In this document: positions 39,101 through 52,156 of the stretch, in pieces | How positions within the stretch are numbered: the stretch's first letter is position 1 | Layout of the letters: the number at the start of each line of letters is the position of its first letter | NCBI RefSeq assembly: GCF_009914755.1 | Contig: NC_060939.1 | From: the human T2T-CHM13v2.0 reference genome, Homo sapiens | Reading direction: 5' to 3' (one strand) | Length of the DNA: 64,000 nucleotides | Program-made: the position numbers and the translations under genes | The notes under the pieces: model-generated | The model's input: the letters and a program-made list of their open reading frames with translations, nothing else | Told to the model about the DNA's origin: nothing | The model's database searches: none

Positions 39101-41009
39101 TGGTTTCTTATTTCTAATTTTATTACATTGTGGTTGGAGGACAGTTTGTATTATTTCTATCCTTTTAGATATTTTGAGGCTTTTTAATGGACTAACACAT
39201 GGTCTATGCTGGAGAATGTTCCATATGCACTTGAGAAGAATGTGTTTTCTATTGTTACTGGGTGGTGTGCTCTATAGTTATCTGTTAAGCCTAATTGGTT
39301 TATGATGTTGTTCAAGCTTTCTATTCCCTTGTTGGTCTTCTGTTTAGGTGATCTATGCATTATTGAAAGTGGGGTATTGAAGTCTCCAACTGTCATGTTG
39401 AATTGTCTACTTCTCCCTTTGTTTATGTCAGTTTTGCTTCATGCATTTTGGTGCTGTTTTAGGTACATATATGTTTATATTTGTTGTAACTTCCTGATCG
39501 ATTGTCCCATTTATCATTATAAAATGTTCTTAATATCTCTAGTTACATTTTCTTGCTTTAAAGTATGTTTTGTCTGAATCCATTATAACCACTCTCACTT
39601 TCTGTGGTTGCTGCTTACATGAGTGGGGCACGGGTGGAAGAAGGGAGCCTCTATCTCTCAACTGCATTCATTCAGGACTTAGCCTCAGCAACAGGTGGTA
39701 AGGGACAGGATGAGAAATGCTGAAATCCTGCTCCTCCCAGGAAGAAAGCCCCCTGACTGGGAGCTGGTGGAGAGGGAGCTCTGTGTTCTTGGCTGCAGCA
39801 CTCTGGAGTAGAGTCTCTATCTTGCTGAGCTGGGCAGAGGGAGGGAGGAAACTCTTGGTTCAAATCCCACAGACTCTAGCCTTTCTTACTGAATTTTTGC
39901 TGGCTTTCTCTAAAGATATTCCTTTACTTGCTGTTTGTCTTTGGGATCATTTCCAAGGGTTTAAACGGTTGGTTTTTTCATTCTAGTTTTTTTTTTTTTT
40001 TAATCCATGCTGGGGACTGCATGGAGTGCATCAAGGAGGCTTGTATGTGAGCCCAGAAGCACTTTTTGCCCTCTATTGCCTGGGCATCTGGCTTCATGGA
40101 GGACTGCAGTGCTGGCACAGAGAGTTCCCAGGATGGCCTATGTGCCATTGAAATAAGAAGGGACATGTAGATGCAACAAAGGGGAGACTTTTGTGACCGT
40201 TGGCATTGTTTCATAATGGCATTTCTTACCTCGGGGGGCAATCACTGGGGTTTAAGCAGGGAGGAGAATCTGCAGGGTGGTGTGGGGCAAGGGGCAGCTT
40301 GGGGATGTGGAGGGACTGTGATTGCATGTGTGAAACAAATTTGAAGCAGGTGATCTTGAAGAGTGTGTACTTCTGTGTCATTATTCTACCTGCATGAATT
40401 TCATATTGGACGAATGTATGGATAAATTGTTCCCCTTCCCCCAGACTCAGCCTCATAGCTTTTGCCCTTAGAGATGAGACATTTTAGTTAAATTAATCTC
40501 TACTTGCATGACTTTACAAGGCCTCTGTTCAGCTTATAACAGATGCATTTTAATGTAGGTGAATAAAATTGTTTGATGTTTTGTGTACAAGCCAAATCCT
40601 TTAATAAAGTTATAGCTAGTTCATTCAACCGCTCAGATCTTTCCTGTGATGGAAATTCCTTTTCATCTAAATACATTATGAAACTCTATTGAAGAGGCCT
40701 GGAAAATATCCTGGAAACCTGTTGAAAGCCCTCAACTCCTTGATCTTGCTGAGACTAAGAGGAATGATGTGGGCCCAGTTGGCTATGAGAGCTCGCATTA
40801 GGGTGGGTGGTGGACAGAAACTCTTTTCTGAAGCCATTTGCATGTTAATGGAGTAACAAGGAGCCCCAGTGACTCCCTTGTTAGTGACTCCCATGGGGAA
40901 TGGATTCTGGCCACCCTTCTGGACTCCTCTTTCTGCCTCTTACAAACATGAGAATAGTGGCAGACAAGCACTGGTTTGGATAATGTCTTAATCGTGGATT
41001 TCAATTTAC

Positions 41010-41089
41010 CTGTTAGAGTCTTTCGTGCTAGGAATTACAAAGATACATTCCCGTTTGCAAAAGGTTTTCTCTATCCAAGATTTCTGACC
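41010..41089 (-). CDS. TRPM1: TRPM1 exon 3, 80 nt: [26 protein letters not shown](R)
   Basis: ctcttccag|GGT ... AACAG|gtaaat; phase 0 to 2; not in the ORF track (too short). Confidence 0.97.
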
Positions 41090-41829
41090 CTGGAAGAGAG
41101 AGAGAAGTGGATATTGGACCAATATATTCCCAAGCCATCATCAGAGTCCATTCTTATACCTTTATAAAACAATATGTCTGCCCACAACATCTGAATAGTC
41201 ATCTGCAATAATGGTGGATGCAAGTCTTTAAGGATCTTAGCTCTAGTACCTTTTAAGAGAAATGGCTTGCAAGTATGTATTTAATGGTTCTCATTTTGCA
41301 CCTTAATTCATCCATATCCACCTGTTGAAGATATTTTTTGTGCACGGTTCTGGGGTGGGAGCTGTGGGGATTTCCAAGGAGATAAACTGCAGTGCAAGTG
41401 TTGTTTACCATCTGGAAATGGCACGTTAGGGGTGTGGCTCAGGGAGGCCACCTGGAGCAGAAGGAGGTGGGAGGGAAATCCCCTGTGGAGGCCCTGCTGG
41501 TGCTGGATGCTCAGCGATTTCTGCTGGCTTTATCCCACATGGCCTCTTGTTCTCAGTCACCAGGGACATCTCACACAGAGGCTGGGCACTGGGAAGTGAA
41601 CCGGCCTGCATCTGAAGGGCCCCATTGGGTCTGCTTCCCAGGGTTTGTGGAGTCAGTTGGCAGAGAGAGCTGGGGAGAGCCCTTCCTGCAGGTGGGAGGG
41701 AGGTGCAGGCAGGCTGTGGGGCAGGGGCCTCGGGGTTCCCTGGAAGGGCTCGTGGGAGGCAGGGAGAGAGCCAGCACCCTTCGCTGGATCTCCATGAGGC
41801 CTGGCTCAGTGCGTATTTGTGCTATTTGT

Positions 41830-42100
41830 GGATGTATGATGTGTGTGTGTGTGTGCTATGTTTGTGTATGTGTCTGATGGATGTGTGTTGTACGAGTGCA
41901 GAGTGTGTCGTGATGCATGTGTGTGTGTGTGATGAGTCTGTATGTGAGTGGGTGTGTGCGCACGCATGTGTGGTGTGTGTTTGTGATGTGTGTGTGGTGT
42001 TATGTGTGTGGTATGTGTGCAGTGTAGTGTGTTGTGTGCATGACTATGACCTGTGTAGTGTGGCGTGTGCATGACTATGACCTGTGTAGTGTGTATGTCT
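41830..42100. repeat. (TG)n-rich simple repeat with a 29-bp tandem unit near 42035-42093
   Basis: gtgtgcatgactatgacctgtgtagtgtg occurs twice. Confidence 0.9.
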
Positions 42101-43299
42101 GTGGGGAGCTTGTGGGGTGCTTGCAGGCATGGGGAAGTAGAACGCTTAGCATGTGACAATCCTGAGTCAGATCTTAGAGAAACCATGGCCGGCGGGAGCC
42201 TTGTGTCCTTGGCCACTTTCCCACAACTGCCATGAGGAGTGCCCCATGTGCCTGTGACCAGGATGGGACTGAGGTATCTGCGGGGTGAGGCTTGGAGCTG
42301 GCCTCCTGGCTGTCCCCATTTACCTAAGCAGCAGTGCTGCTCTGGGAGGTCCCTTGTCTCTGGGGAGGTCACCTCTGCAGAGGTCTGCAGTGACAACTGC
42401 ATGTCAGAGAGGCCCTCCGCAGAGAGGTCATGCCGATGCCCCATTTGTTACTCTAGGAGAGCCCCAGCCCTAGTCCCAGCTGTGCGGACTAGGGCGTGCA
42501 AGTACCCCCCAAACTCAGCCTTTCTGGGAAGATCCAAGTCGGCTTGTTACTTGGCTTTTTGAATAATAGAAATGATGAAAATTCAAACCTTCCTCAGTAG
42601 CCTTCAAAAAGCAACACCGTACACTTTTCTCTGTAAATAATTTAATGACTGTTTAAAAACAACATCGCTGGCCTCAGAGGTTGGTGCTTTTGTGCTAATG
42701 CAAGGGAGGCAGGCAGTGTGGGCTCAGGGGAGAAAGAAAGCATGGAGCGGGAGCCTCTGAAGCCCCGCCCTGCCCTTCTGTTTTGCACTTTTCCCGTCTG
42801 TTTCGCACTTCTCCAGCGCAAGACAGCGAAGCCCAGCACCTGCTGCCTGGAAAGAAACTGTGCTTTTCCCCTTTGCATCTCATGCCTTACTTCCCAGAGA
42901 AGCTGGGAAGCCCTTGTTTTTTATAACATAGGGGTTGCAGTATTTGGACTATATGACAACTAAAGACAAGAACTCTAAACAAAGATTGAACTCCCATGAG
43001 TAGGTTACTTTTTCTGGAACATAGGATAGCAATTCTGAAGCTGTTTTTGTGTCCTCTAGGACTGAACAAATAAATTAATACATTGCAGATGATTGGAGCT
43101 GGGTTTCTCACTGCTGGAGAAAGGAGTTACAAATATGGAAAGTGGGGAAGGTCACAATGAACCTTGTAGCACTGAGCTAAAATTAAAGTTATCAGTGTGA
43201 ACTCATGGTTTGTAATATATAGAGACAGGTATAAAAACAGATATAAATGTATGTGTGGTCCCTGTCTATACATATACACATATATAGAGATATAACATA

Positions 43300-43800
43300 T
43301 TGCATTAATTAACTATGGAGTAACAAAACAAATTGCCCCAAAACTTAGTGGCTTAGAATAACAAATTATTATCTCCCAGTTTCTATGGACCAGGAGTTGA
43401 ATGTGGCTTAGCTGGGTGCTTCTGACTCTGGTTTCTCACAAGGATTTGACTGAGCTATGGGTGGGGGCTGTGGTCTTAAGGGAAGGAAGGAAACCTGGAA
43501 GGATCCGTTTCCAGGCTCACTCATGTGGTTGTTGGCCCAGGCCTCCCTTAACTCCTTGCCAGGGAAACCGCTCTCCAGGGCAGCTCACGAAGGGGCAGCT
43601 GACCACCCTCTGAGTGCGCAAGCAAAAGAGTGCATGCAAAACAGAAGCCAGGTCTCTTTATAACCTGGTGTCCAAAGTGACAGCCCATGGCTTTTGCCGT
43701 AGCCCATTCATTAGCATTGAGTCACTCAGTCCATCCCACACTCAAGGGAGGGGGTTACACAAAGCATGCATATCAGCAGGCAGGGACCTTGGGGCCATAT
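43300..43800. mobile_element. MLT1-family LTR fragment flanked by old L1MC 3' pieces (about 43110-44700)
   Basis: ccccaaaacttagtggcttagaataacaa...ttattatctcccagtttct MLT1-like text; approximate. Confidence 0.65.
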
Positions 43801-44714
43801 GCCTACATACATATGCACATATGCATGCATGCCTGTATGCTTACACACTCATACATTCCCTGGCTCCCTTAATGGGCTTCACAATAACACTTCAATAGCA
43901 ATGAGCATACTCATGCTCCAATACTGGTTTCCAAATACCATTCTCCACTAAAAGGAATCCAGGGCTGGGGCGGGGAAGTATAAGAAGAGCCTGGAACACC
44001 TTACTGTACCAGCAAGTGAGAAACTTTACTTTTGACATGGGAACATGCCAAAAGAACACAGTGGCTGCTTGAAGGGGCTCCCAGTGGCTTTCTCTGGGGT
44101 CCCTTCAGCATGAAAATAAATGACTACAATGAAGAATTATAACCTTTAGACTTAAATAAAGACCCATGGGTCCACACTGATATAAATACATATGTAAATA
44201 AACGCACAGGGGAGGGAGAAAGCTCTTTCTTCCAGTGGAAAGTCCCTATTAAATGTGGAAGGAATGATGGAATCCGACAATCACCATTTGGCAACCATCA
44301 AGAATCTCTGATGAATGCTAAAAGTAGTGGGTAAAAGTCTGAAGAGTAACAACGTATTTACATAATCTCAAAGTATTTCCCATGGATACTTATTAATTAC
44401 AAAGGAGAAATTAGTAACTTGACAGTGGAGAATTCTGGGGAGAACCACCTAAAACAAAGTGCACATCGCCTGTCATGGAACAAATATTTATTATGAGGCT
44501 CTGGATAAAACGCACCAAGAGGAACAAAAGTGCCCAAAGTACATCATCTGAACCTGATCTGGAGGAAGGATCATCAGACAGCCCGAACTGAGGGCCATCC
44601 TACGAAATAACCCACCTGCGTTCCTCAAAAACGTCAAGGCCACGAAAAGACAAGGAAGAACTGAGGGAAGATTCCAGAGGCTGGACACAAGATCTGGCAC
44701 TGTCCTTCCCTAGC

Positions 44715-44910
44715 CCCCAGGCCCCGCCCCCAAGTCCGCCCCCATCGTCCTCGACCCCGCCCCCTCACCCCGCCCCCTGTTACCTCTCACGGCCCCGCCC
44801 TCTCAGCCCGGTCCTCCAGGCCCCGCCCCCAGCCCCGCTCCCTCTCATAGTCCCGCCCCTCGTCCTTTCCCACACTTTCCCTGGCAGCCCCTCTCACCGC
44901 CCTAGGATAA
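44715..44910. promoter_or_regulatory. Cluster of eight GC boxes (CCGCCC), CpG-containing
   Basis: CCGCCC at about 44724, 44736, 44757, 44770, 44795, 44823, 44853 and 44897; function inferred only. Confidence 0.5.
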
Positions 44911-45456
44911 GAAACCCGCGCTGGGGCGCTGTCCAGGAAACCTGTGCCAGCACAGCGTGGGGAATCAGAAACTAAAGCCCAGGCTCCGAGCGCTTAGGCT
45001 CAGGCCCCTCATCGTGAAAGGGGGAAACGCAGCCTGCCCTACAGGACTTAATGCCACCGGCGGATGAGGGAGCAACAACGTGCCCCTCGCTGGCTTTTGT
45101 GGCTAAGTCTGTTCCATCACAAGGGGTGTTTAGATGCCTCCTTCAAGGCAGGGCCCCCTGTCCCCCCCCTTATCGTGCCAATGAAGGTCATCTGTGATGA
45201 CTCTGGGGCATCGGTCTTGCATTTTGTCCCCCAGATTCCGAAAAGGAGGGCTTTTCATGGTGCCGAGTGCCAGCCCTTGCTGTGGCTCGGCACCAGGGCA
45301 AGTGCAACTGGCGCCATGGCCCGAGCCAGGCTCAATCCACTTCCCTCTGCTTCACTGGAAATCCGTCTTTTCCTAATAAAAACGCTAGCATGTGACTAAC
45401 GTACTTTCTCAGGGGGGGAGGGGGGGAAGGTGGAAGTGCTTTACTTAGGTATTAAC

Positions 45457-45542
45457 CATGAGTTTTCAAAAAGTTGATATAAGGAAATAGCCTCAGTCCA
45501 GCACTGCAAGTTACTGCTGAGTCCTCAGAAATCTTCTAGAAC
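45457..45542 (-). CDS. TRPM1: TRPM1 exon 2 (83 nt 5'UTR plus ATG as the last 3 nt, 45459-45457)
   Basis: Acceptor ctcctcttgtttatcctcgtag|GTTC; donor CTCATG|gttaat; ATG joins in frame to exon 3 giving MGQKSW; in-frame TGA three codons upstream of the ATG. Confidence 0.88.
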
Positions 45543-48289
45543 CTACGAGGATAAACAAGAGGAGTAAGAGTCACTTTGCCTGCAGCCTCTTTCTTGGGAA
45601 GCAAGATGAACAAATCCTGCCCTCCCTTTGTTCCAGTCTCTGCTCTAATGTGGCCTCTTCACCAGGGCTCCCTGACTCCCCATCTACCCCAACCCCTGCG
45701 CTCTGTTCTCCATAAACCTTCTCCCCCACCTCCTGCCTGTCCCCTCCTCCCCAACCTCGCACCAAAGCCACAGAGGCAGCAGCCCCCTTCAGTTCTCTGC
45801 TGTATCCCCTGTGCCTCCAGGAGGGCCTGGCGAGAGCTCAACATCTCCTAATGACTCAGTGATTTACTCAACCTCCCGGTGGAGCAGTGCCACCTGCTCA
45901 GCCCTTGCTAATGCCACCTACAGCAGCAGAGCATTTGCCAGCAGGGCACACATGAAGTAAGCCAGGTCACCCCAGGAGAGGCATGGCTCACCTGGGGAGG
46001 AGCTTGGTCTCCTGAATCTGCTCAGAGGCAGTGTGCAGGTGAAAGGCAATGGGTGGAGGCCCCTCAGTCAAACTTTCCTCCTTCCCCTCCTGCCAGGCTC
46101 TGGGGCTGAACAATGCCAAGGTCATAACAAATGGCTGAACCCACCCTGACTCCTTACAGATTGGTCATGCAAGTTTCAGTGCAACGATAACGCCACTGCA
46201 GGGGAGACCCTGCAGGTGCCACCTGTCCTTGTGAAAGGAGAAAGCAGGGCTTCCTGTGGTTTGTTCACAAACCCTTCATAACCTCCCCACCCCCATTAGG
46301 TGAGATACTGCCCACTTGTGCAAAATATTCCAGTCCATCAGAAATGGTTATTTTGAATGCCTCTGTGCCGGATGATAGGAGCACTGGCACTGGAGATGGA
46401 AATCCCACTGAGATTTTAAGAGTGCTTGTCCCAGCTGGGAAGTCTGTCTACCCCGGCTGAGTGAAGGGACAGTGGAGGTCATACTGGAGGCGGACTGCTG
46501 GCACTGCCACCACGCCCCCAACCCCTCTGAGCTGTGATTTTCTCATCTCTGAAATGGAAATGGCTTTGAGTGGTTTTGAGCCTTAGCTGGGATCTTATCT
46601 GTACAGTATCTGGGAGGTACTAGATTTAAATGCAATCCTGGTCATTATCAAATATGACTGCCCTGCTGAGGACCCAGCGATTTTTCATCTGTAGCCAGGA
46701 CCATGTGTCCATGAAGGGCCACGGGGAGGCTGCGGGAAGAAAGTCCAAGAGGAGTGGGCTGAAGGGCAATGGGAAATGTTCTGCCAGCTCTGTACTTATT
46801 TATTTTTTAAAGAAAGAAATATCTGCTACAAACATGGCCAAGGAAACCTTTGTACCATCTGGGTGGGGGTTGCTCAGGTGCACGTTGTCATGTTATTCTC
46901 TGGGCATTTACGTAGTTTTAGAGTGAGGGGGCCGAGGAAGTGTAGACAGCAAGTGTCAACCCCGAGGAGAAGTCTTCCCCTGAAGGGGAGCCCAGAAATG
47001 GTGGGAGCTGGAGTGGAATGAAGGGTCATGGGGGGCTTTAACAATGTGACCTTCTAGAAGGTGTTTACACACACAGGTGGGGGCGACCCACAAGGAGGGG
47101 TACAGGAAGGTGCAGGGGGATACCTTGAGAAGGCTGGACGGAGACAAGGAGGAAGGCTGCAAAGACACAGTGTGACTTTGGTCTGGGAGGACATGGCTCG
47201 GGGAAGTGGCTTCTGAATGTAAGAGCTGGTGTACTGCCGGGCGAGGCTCTGTTTACTCAAAGCCCTATGTCTTGGGCCAAAATTAACAAGCAAACCCCGC
47301 AATGAAATGAATGATGTGTGGACCAGTTTATCCAGAAGAAACTGCTTGTTTTGTGTATATATTTAGAGCAGACGACTCAAACTCTCATTCCCACAGCTAC
47401 ATGTGGCCCACATATGGGCTTGGTTGGAACCTTTTGTGAAAACTACATTTAGCTGCCATTATTAACCAAGAGGGAGATTATACTTATGGCTTCTCTTGAA
47501 AGCCCTCAGGATGTGGGAACGCTGGCTGGTGTCCTGGCACAGCTGCAGGTGGCGGCGGGTTCCCACATGTGCCCTGACAGCTCCCTGGGACCTGCCTTTG
47601 CCCGGCTCCTAGGGGCACCTGTGGGCCCCACCTGGGGTGGCACCTGCATGCCTGAAACTCTCCATGCAGGAGAATCAAACAAGCCTGCCAGCCAAAGCAC
47701 AAGCCGCCCAGCCTTATATGCAGAAAGGATTAAAAGCCACAACCACTCCTTCCTGCTCCACCCTCCCACCCCCTCGCTCCACTGCCACTGGAGGTCCTGG
47801 CCTGGGTCCAACTGGCCATTTCTGGGTGGTTCAGCTGAGAGTCCTGCTCTGGCTTCTCAGGGATACTCTCAGGTCAGATGCAGCCTCCTGCCCCTAGCTG
47901 CAGAGAGCACAGGTAGGAGGGCCCAGCTGAGGGTCACCTCAGTCCCATCTTGTGGAACGTCACCTGCAAAATGAGGACAATGATACCCCTCACATCTGCC
48001 CCACAGGCTGGTGTGAGAGCCTAGTGACACCATGCTTGGAAGACCTTTGAAACCTATTGTCCTCTGCTTCATCATCACTATCCGCAGGAAGGTGACAGGG
48101 CTGGCTTGCAGGAAATGCTGGAGGTCGTCACAGCCGACCCCTCTCCTGGGCCAGGGTTCCCTTTCCTCCGGGTTTCTAGCCTTCTTCTCTCCCAGGGGCT
48201 CTCCTCTGGGGACACTGAGAGATCCTCCTCTAGACTAGAGTCCAGGAAACAGAGCTGGATCTTTAAAGACAGTGATATTTTTCTTTGTA

Positions 48290-48745
48290 CTTTCTTTTTT
48301 AAAAATCGAGATATAATCCACATACCCTAAAATTCACCTATTAAAGTCTGCAGTTCAGTGTTTTACATATAGTTCCAAGACTGTGAAACCATCACCACTA
48401 CCTAATTCCAGAGCACTTTGATCACTCCTAAAAAAAGCCGGTACCCATTAGCAGTCACTCCTCATTCCTCCCTGACCCTGCCCAGCTCCTGGCAACCACA
48501 AATCCACTTTCTGTCTCTATGGATTTGCCTATTCTGGGCACTCTATATGAATGGAATCATTCAACGTGTGGCCTTTTGTGTCTGGCTCCTTTTGCTTGGC
48601 GTCATGTTTTCAAGGGTCATCCAGGTAGCGCAGATCAGGACTTTACTCTTTTCTATGCCTCTGTAATATTCCATTACATGAATTCATCAGTTGATGAATT
48701 TGGGTTGTTTCCACTTTTGGCTATTGTGAATAGTGCTATCAGTAA
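48290..48745 (-). mobile_element. L1MB 3' end
   Basis: ctttctgtctctatggatttgcctattctgg; aatggaatcat. Confidence 0.8.
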
Positions 48746-48749
48746 GACA

Positions 48750-49126
<377 letters not shown>

Positions 49127-50884
49127 TAGGAAAAAAGGAAGGAAATTCATTAACTTGTTCATTTTGTGTTTGTGGGAGGGGATACAGACTTTTTCTTTAA
49201 TTTCTTCATTGTCCGTGTTGTGTTTTTAATTTTCTAAAGACCAACATAGCTTATTTTAAAAAAGAGAAAAAGGAGAATGTGCCCAGGGTCACCCAGCCAA
49301 TACCAGGGTGCCTCAGTCCAAGGTCTCCCCAGCTATGGCCAGTTCCAAGAGTCCAGCCTCATGGTTACATCCTTGGCATTTCTGCAGCATCACTAATATT
49401 TTCATTTTCCAATGGCACTGCTGGTTATCATTCCATCATTTAGGACATATGCATATTTAAGCTGCAATTGCAAATAATGGAATCATAGGGTATGTCTCTA
49501 ATGCTAACCGTTGTAATTAAGAGCAATAAAAAGATCACAAAATGGAAGAAAGTCGTATCAGAATTCAAACAGTGGATTTTGTCAACATTGTCGGGGCTTT
49601 ACTGTGAAAATGTGAGCACACGCCCAATTGTTTTTAGAGTTGTCATTGCAGTTGTCATTACATGATTTATAGTCCAATCGCATGTGTTGATGTCCTAATT
49701 CAAGGTGGTGCTGGTCAGATACCAGGAACGCTTGTCGCTTTTGCCTCCTGCCAGGCCACCCTCATCACAGGTCATGGGGTTGCTGATTTTTTGTGCAGAA
49801 TGTAGGGTGTTACTAGTTAGCCCTGACCTGGTTAGTGCAAATAGTCAATTAGGAGAACAAAACCAAACAAAAACAGAAGAGCTGCAATGCAGACCCCGAA
49901 TTATCCTGGCTGGACACAGACAGCAGCCAGGGTCAGGCTTTTGAATCTTTTGATATTTGCTTCTCATTTTTTACCACTGGCAGAAAAGATACCCTGGACC
50001 CGCAGCCACAGGCCTCACGCTTAGAGAAAGACCCCAGGCCCAGACTGATGGGTGTAGGATGTCCTGGAAGGAAGACCTGTGGGACTAACTTGTACGATCA
50101 CTGATCTCTGACCGTTCCGAGGAGAAAAGCAAAGGAAAACTGGGCTGGGTGTTGGATTATCTAATTCTCTCACCCTTCAGAGAACTACCTTCACAGTGGT
50201 CATAAACAAGGGCTGTCATAAGCAGATAACTCCAGCTAAGGCATCTGCTGGACCTGAAGAAAAGGGTGGGACCACTGGGGAACACCTGGGGGCTGTGGGG
50301 AGAACCATGGGGCATCAGACCAGGCTGGGAGGAAGGGACGGGAGGAGAGGGGGAGCGGCAAGGTTGGCCTCTAGCCCCTCAGGTGGAGCTAGCAGAGCAG
50401 GGAGCTCCTGCGAGGCATCAGACTGGATGCCTGGAGCACCTGCTGGTATCAGACTCCACTGCTCCCCATTTACAGAGTCACATGGAGATAAGCCAGGCAG
50501 GTGCTTCTAACACAAGCTGCGCCTTGCAGATGTGTGCAGCCCCCTGCCCCATCGCAGAGGGGACCCAGGCACAGCCCGGGCTTTTTGGCATCATGCTCTT
50601 TCGAGGGGTGGTGACCAGGGACATGATGTGCCCTGTAAATGGGGGAGGCCCTGGCTTCTGGGTGCCTGTGGGTGCCTAGGTCAGCATCCCCACCTCTCCC
50701 AGCAGGGGCTCCAGGGTCTGAGTGGAGCCAGCACTCCTCCCTGTCTCCTCCCCTTGGGCCCTGCTCCTAGGTGGAACCTGGCCCAGAAACTTGCTTCTAG
50801 AAAGGGGCCCACAGATCCTGTGCCAGGTTCTTCAAAGCATTTCTCCCCTGGTCTAAGGGAGGTTGTTAAAAGTGTATATATCTG

Positions 50885-51327
50885 ACAACCTATGCAATGT
50901 GGAGAAATATTTGCAAATCATATATCTGATAAGCAATTAATATTTAAAATATATTAATATTTACAATACCTTACAACCCAATAACAGCAAACAAATGAAC
51001 AAACTGATTTAAAAAAGGACTTTACACATTTCTCCAAGGAAGATGTATGAATGGCCAACAAACATGAAAAGATACTCAACATCACTCATCTTAACTAGGG
51101 AACTAAAAATTAAAACCACAATGAGATACTATCTCATGCCCATTAGGATGGATACTCTGAAAAAACAGGAAATAACAAGTGCTGGTGAGGATGTGGAGAA
51201 ATCGGAAAACTTGTTCATTGCTGGCAGGAATGTAAAAGAGTACAGCCACTGTGGAAACCAGTATGGCAGTTCCTCGAAAATGAAACACAGGATTATCCTA
51301 TGATCCAGCAGTTAAGCAGGTCTCAGT

Positions 51328-51365
<38 letters not shown>

Positions 51366-52120
51366 AGACGGAGTCTTGCTCTGTGCCCCAGGCTGGAGTG
51401 CAGTGGTGCAATCTTGGCTCACAGCAAGCTCCGCCTCCCCGGTTCACGCCATTCTCCTGCCTCAGCCTCCATGTAGTCCTGTAGCTAGGACTACAGGCCC
51501 CCATCACCACGCCCCGCTAATTTTTTTGTGTATTTTTAGTAGAGACGGGGTTTCACCATGTTAGCCAGGATGGTCTCAATCTCCTGACCTCATGATCTGC
51601 CTGCCTCAGCCTCCCAAAGTGCTGGGATTGCAGGAGTGAGCCACCATGCCCGGCCTCAATAGGGACTTTTACACTTGTGTTCATAGCAGCATTATTCACA
51701 ATAGCCAAGAGGTAGGAGTAAGCCAGGTTTTCATCGACAGATGAGTGGATAAACAAAATGTGATCTATCCACACAATGAAATATGATTCAGCAGGAAGGG
51801 CATTCAGAACATACCACAACAGGGATGGACTTTGAGGACATGGCGATAAGTGAAATAAGTCAGTCACAAAAGGACAATTGCTGTGTGATGTGCGGTACCA
51901 AGAGCAGTCAAACTGATAGAGACAGGAAATGGAATGGTGGCCGCCAGGAGCTGGTGGGAGGGAGGAATGGGTAGTTTTTCCATTTTCTAAGATGAAAAGA
52001 GTTCTGGGGATTGGTCGCACAACAATGTGAATGTACTTAACACAATCTGTACATTTAAAAACTGGTAAGATGGTAAATTTTATGTTATGTGTATTTTACC
52101 ACAATTAAAACAACTTTTTA
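50885..52120 (+). mobile_element. L1MB ORF2 end and 3'UTR, interrupted by an Alu
   Basis: gaaatatttgcaaatcatatatctgataag ... ggtaaattttatgttatgtgtattttaccacaatt. Confidence 0.85.
51333..51655 (-). mobile_element. Alu (AluY-like) with long poly-T
   Basis: gcaagctccgcctccccggttcacgccattctcc; TSD tca(g/a)taggga. Confidence 0.95.
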
Positions 52121-52156
52121 AGAAATGCAGCTATCTGCGCTTCACTCTAGTCCTTG

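Noticed and set aside
36989-39396. Reverse transcriptase and endonuclease-like peptides
   Set aside because: Fragments of a dead L1 ORF2 with many stops and frameshifts; not an active element.
41806-42444. 212-aa His/Thr-rich ORF and overlapping Val/Cys-rich ORFs
   Set aside because: Product of the (TG)n simple repeat.
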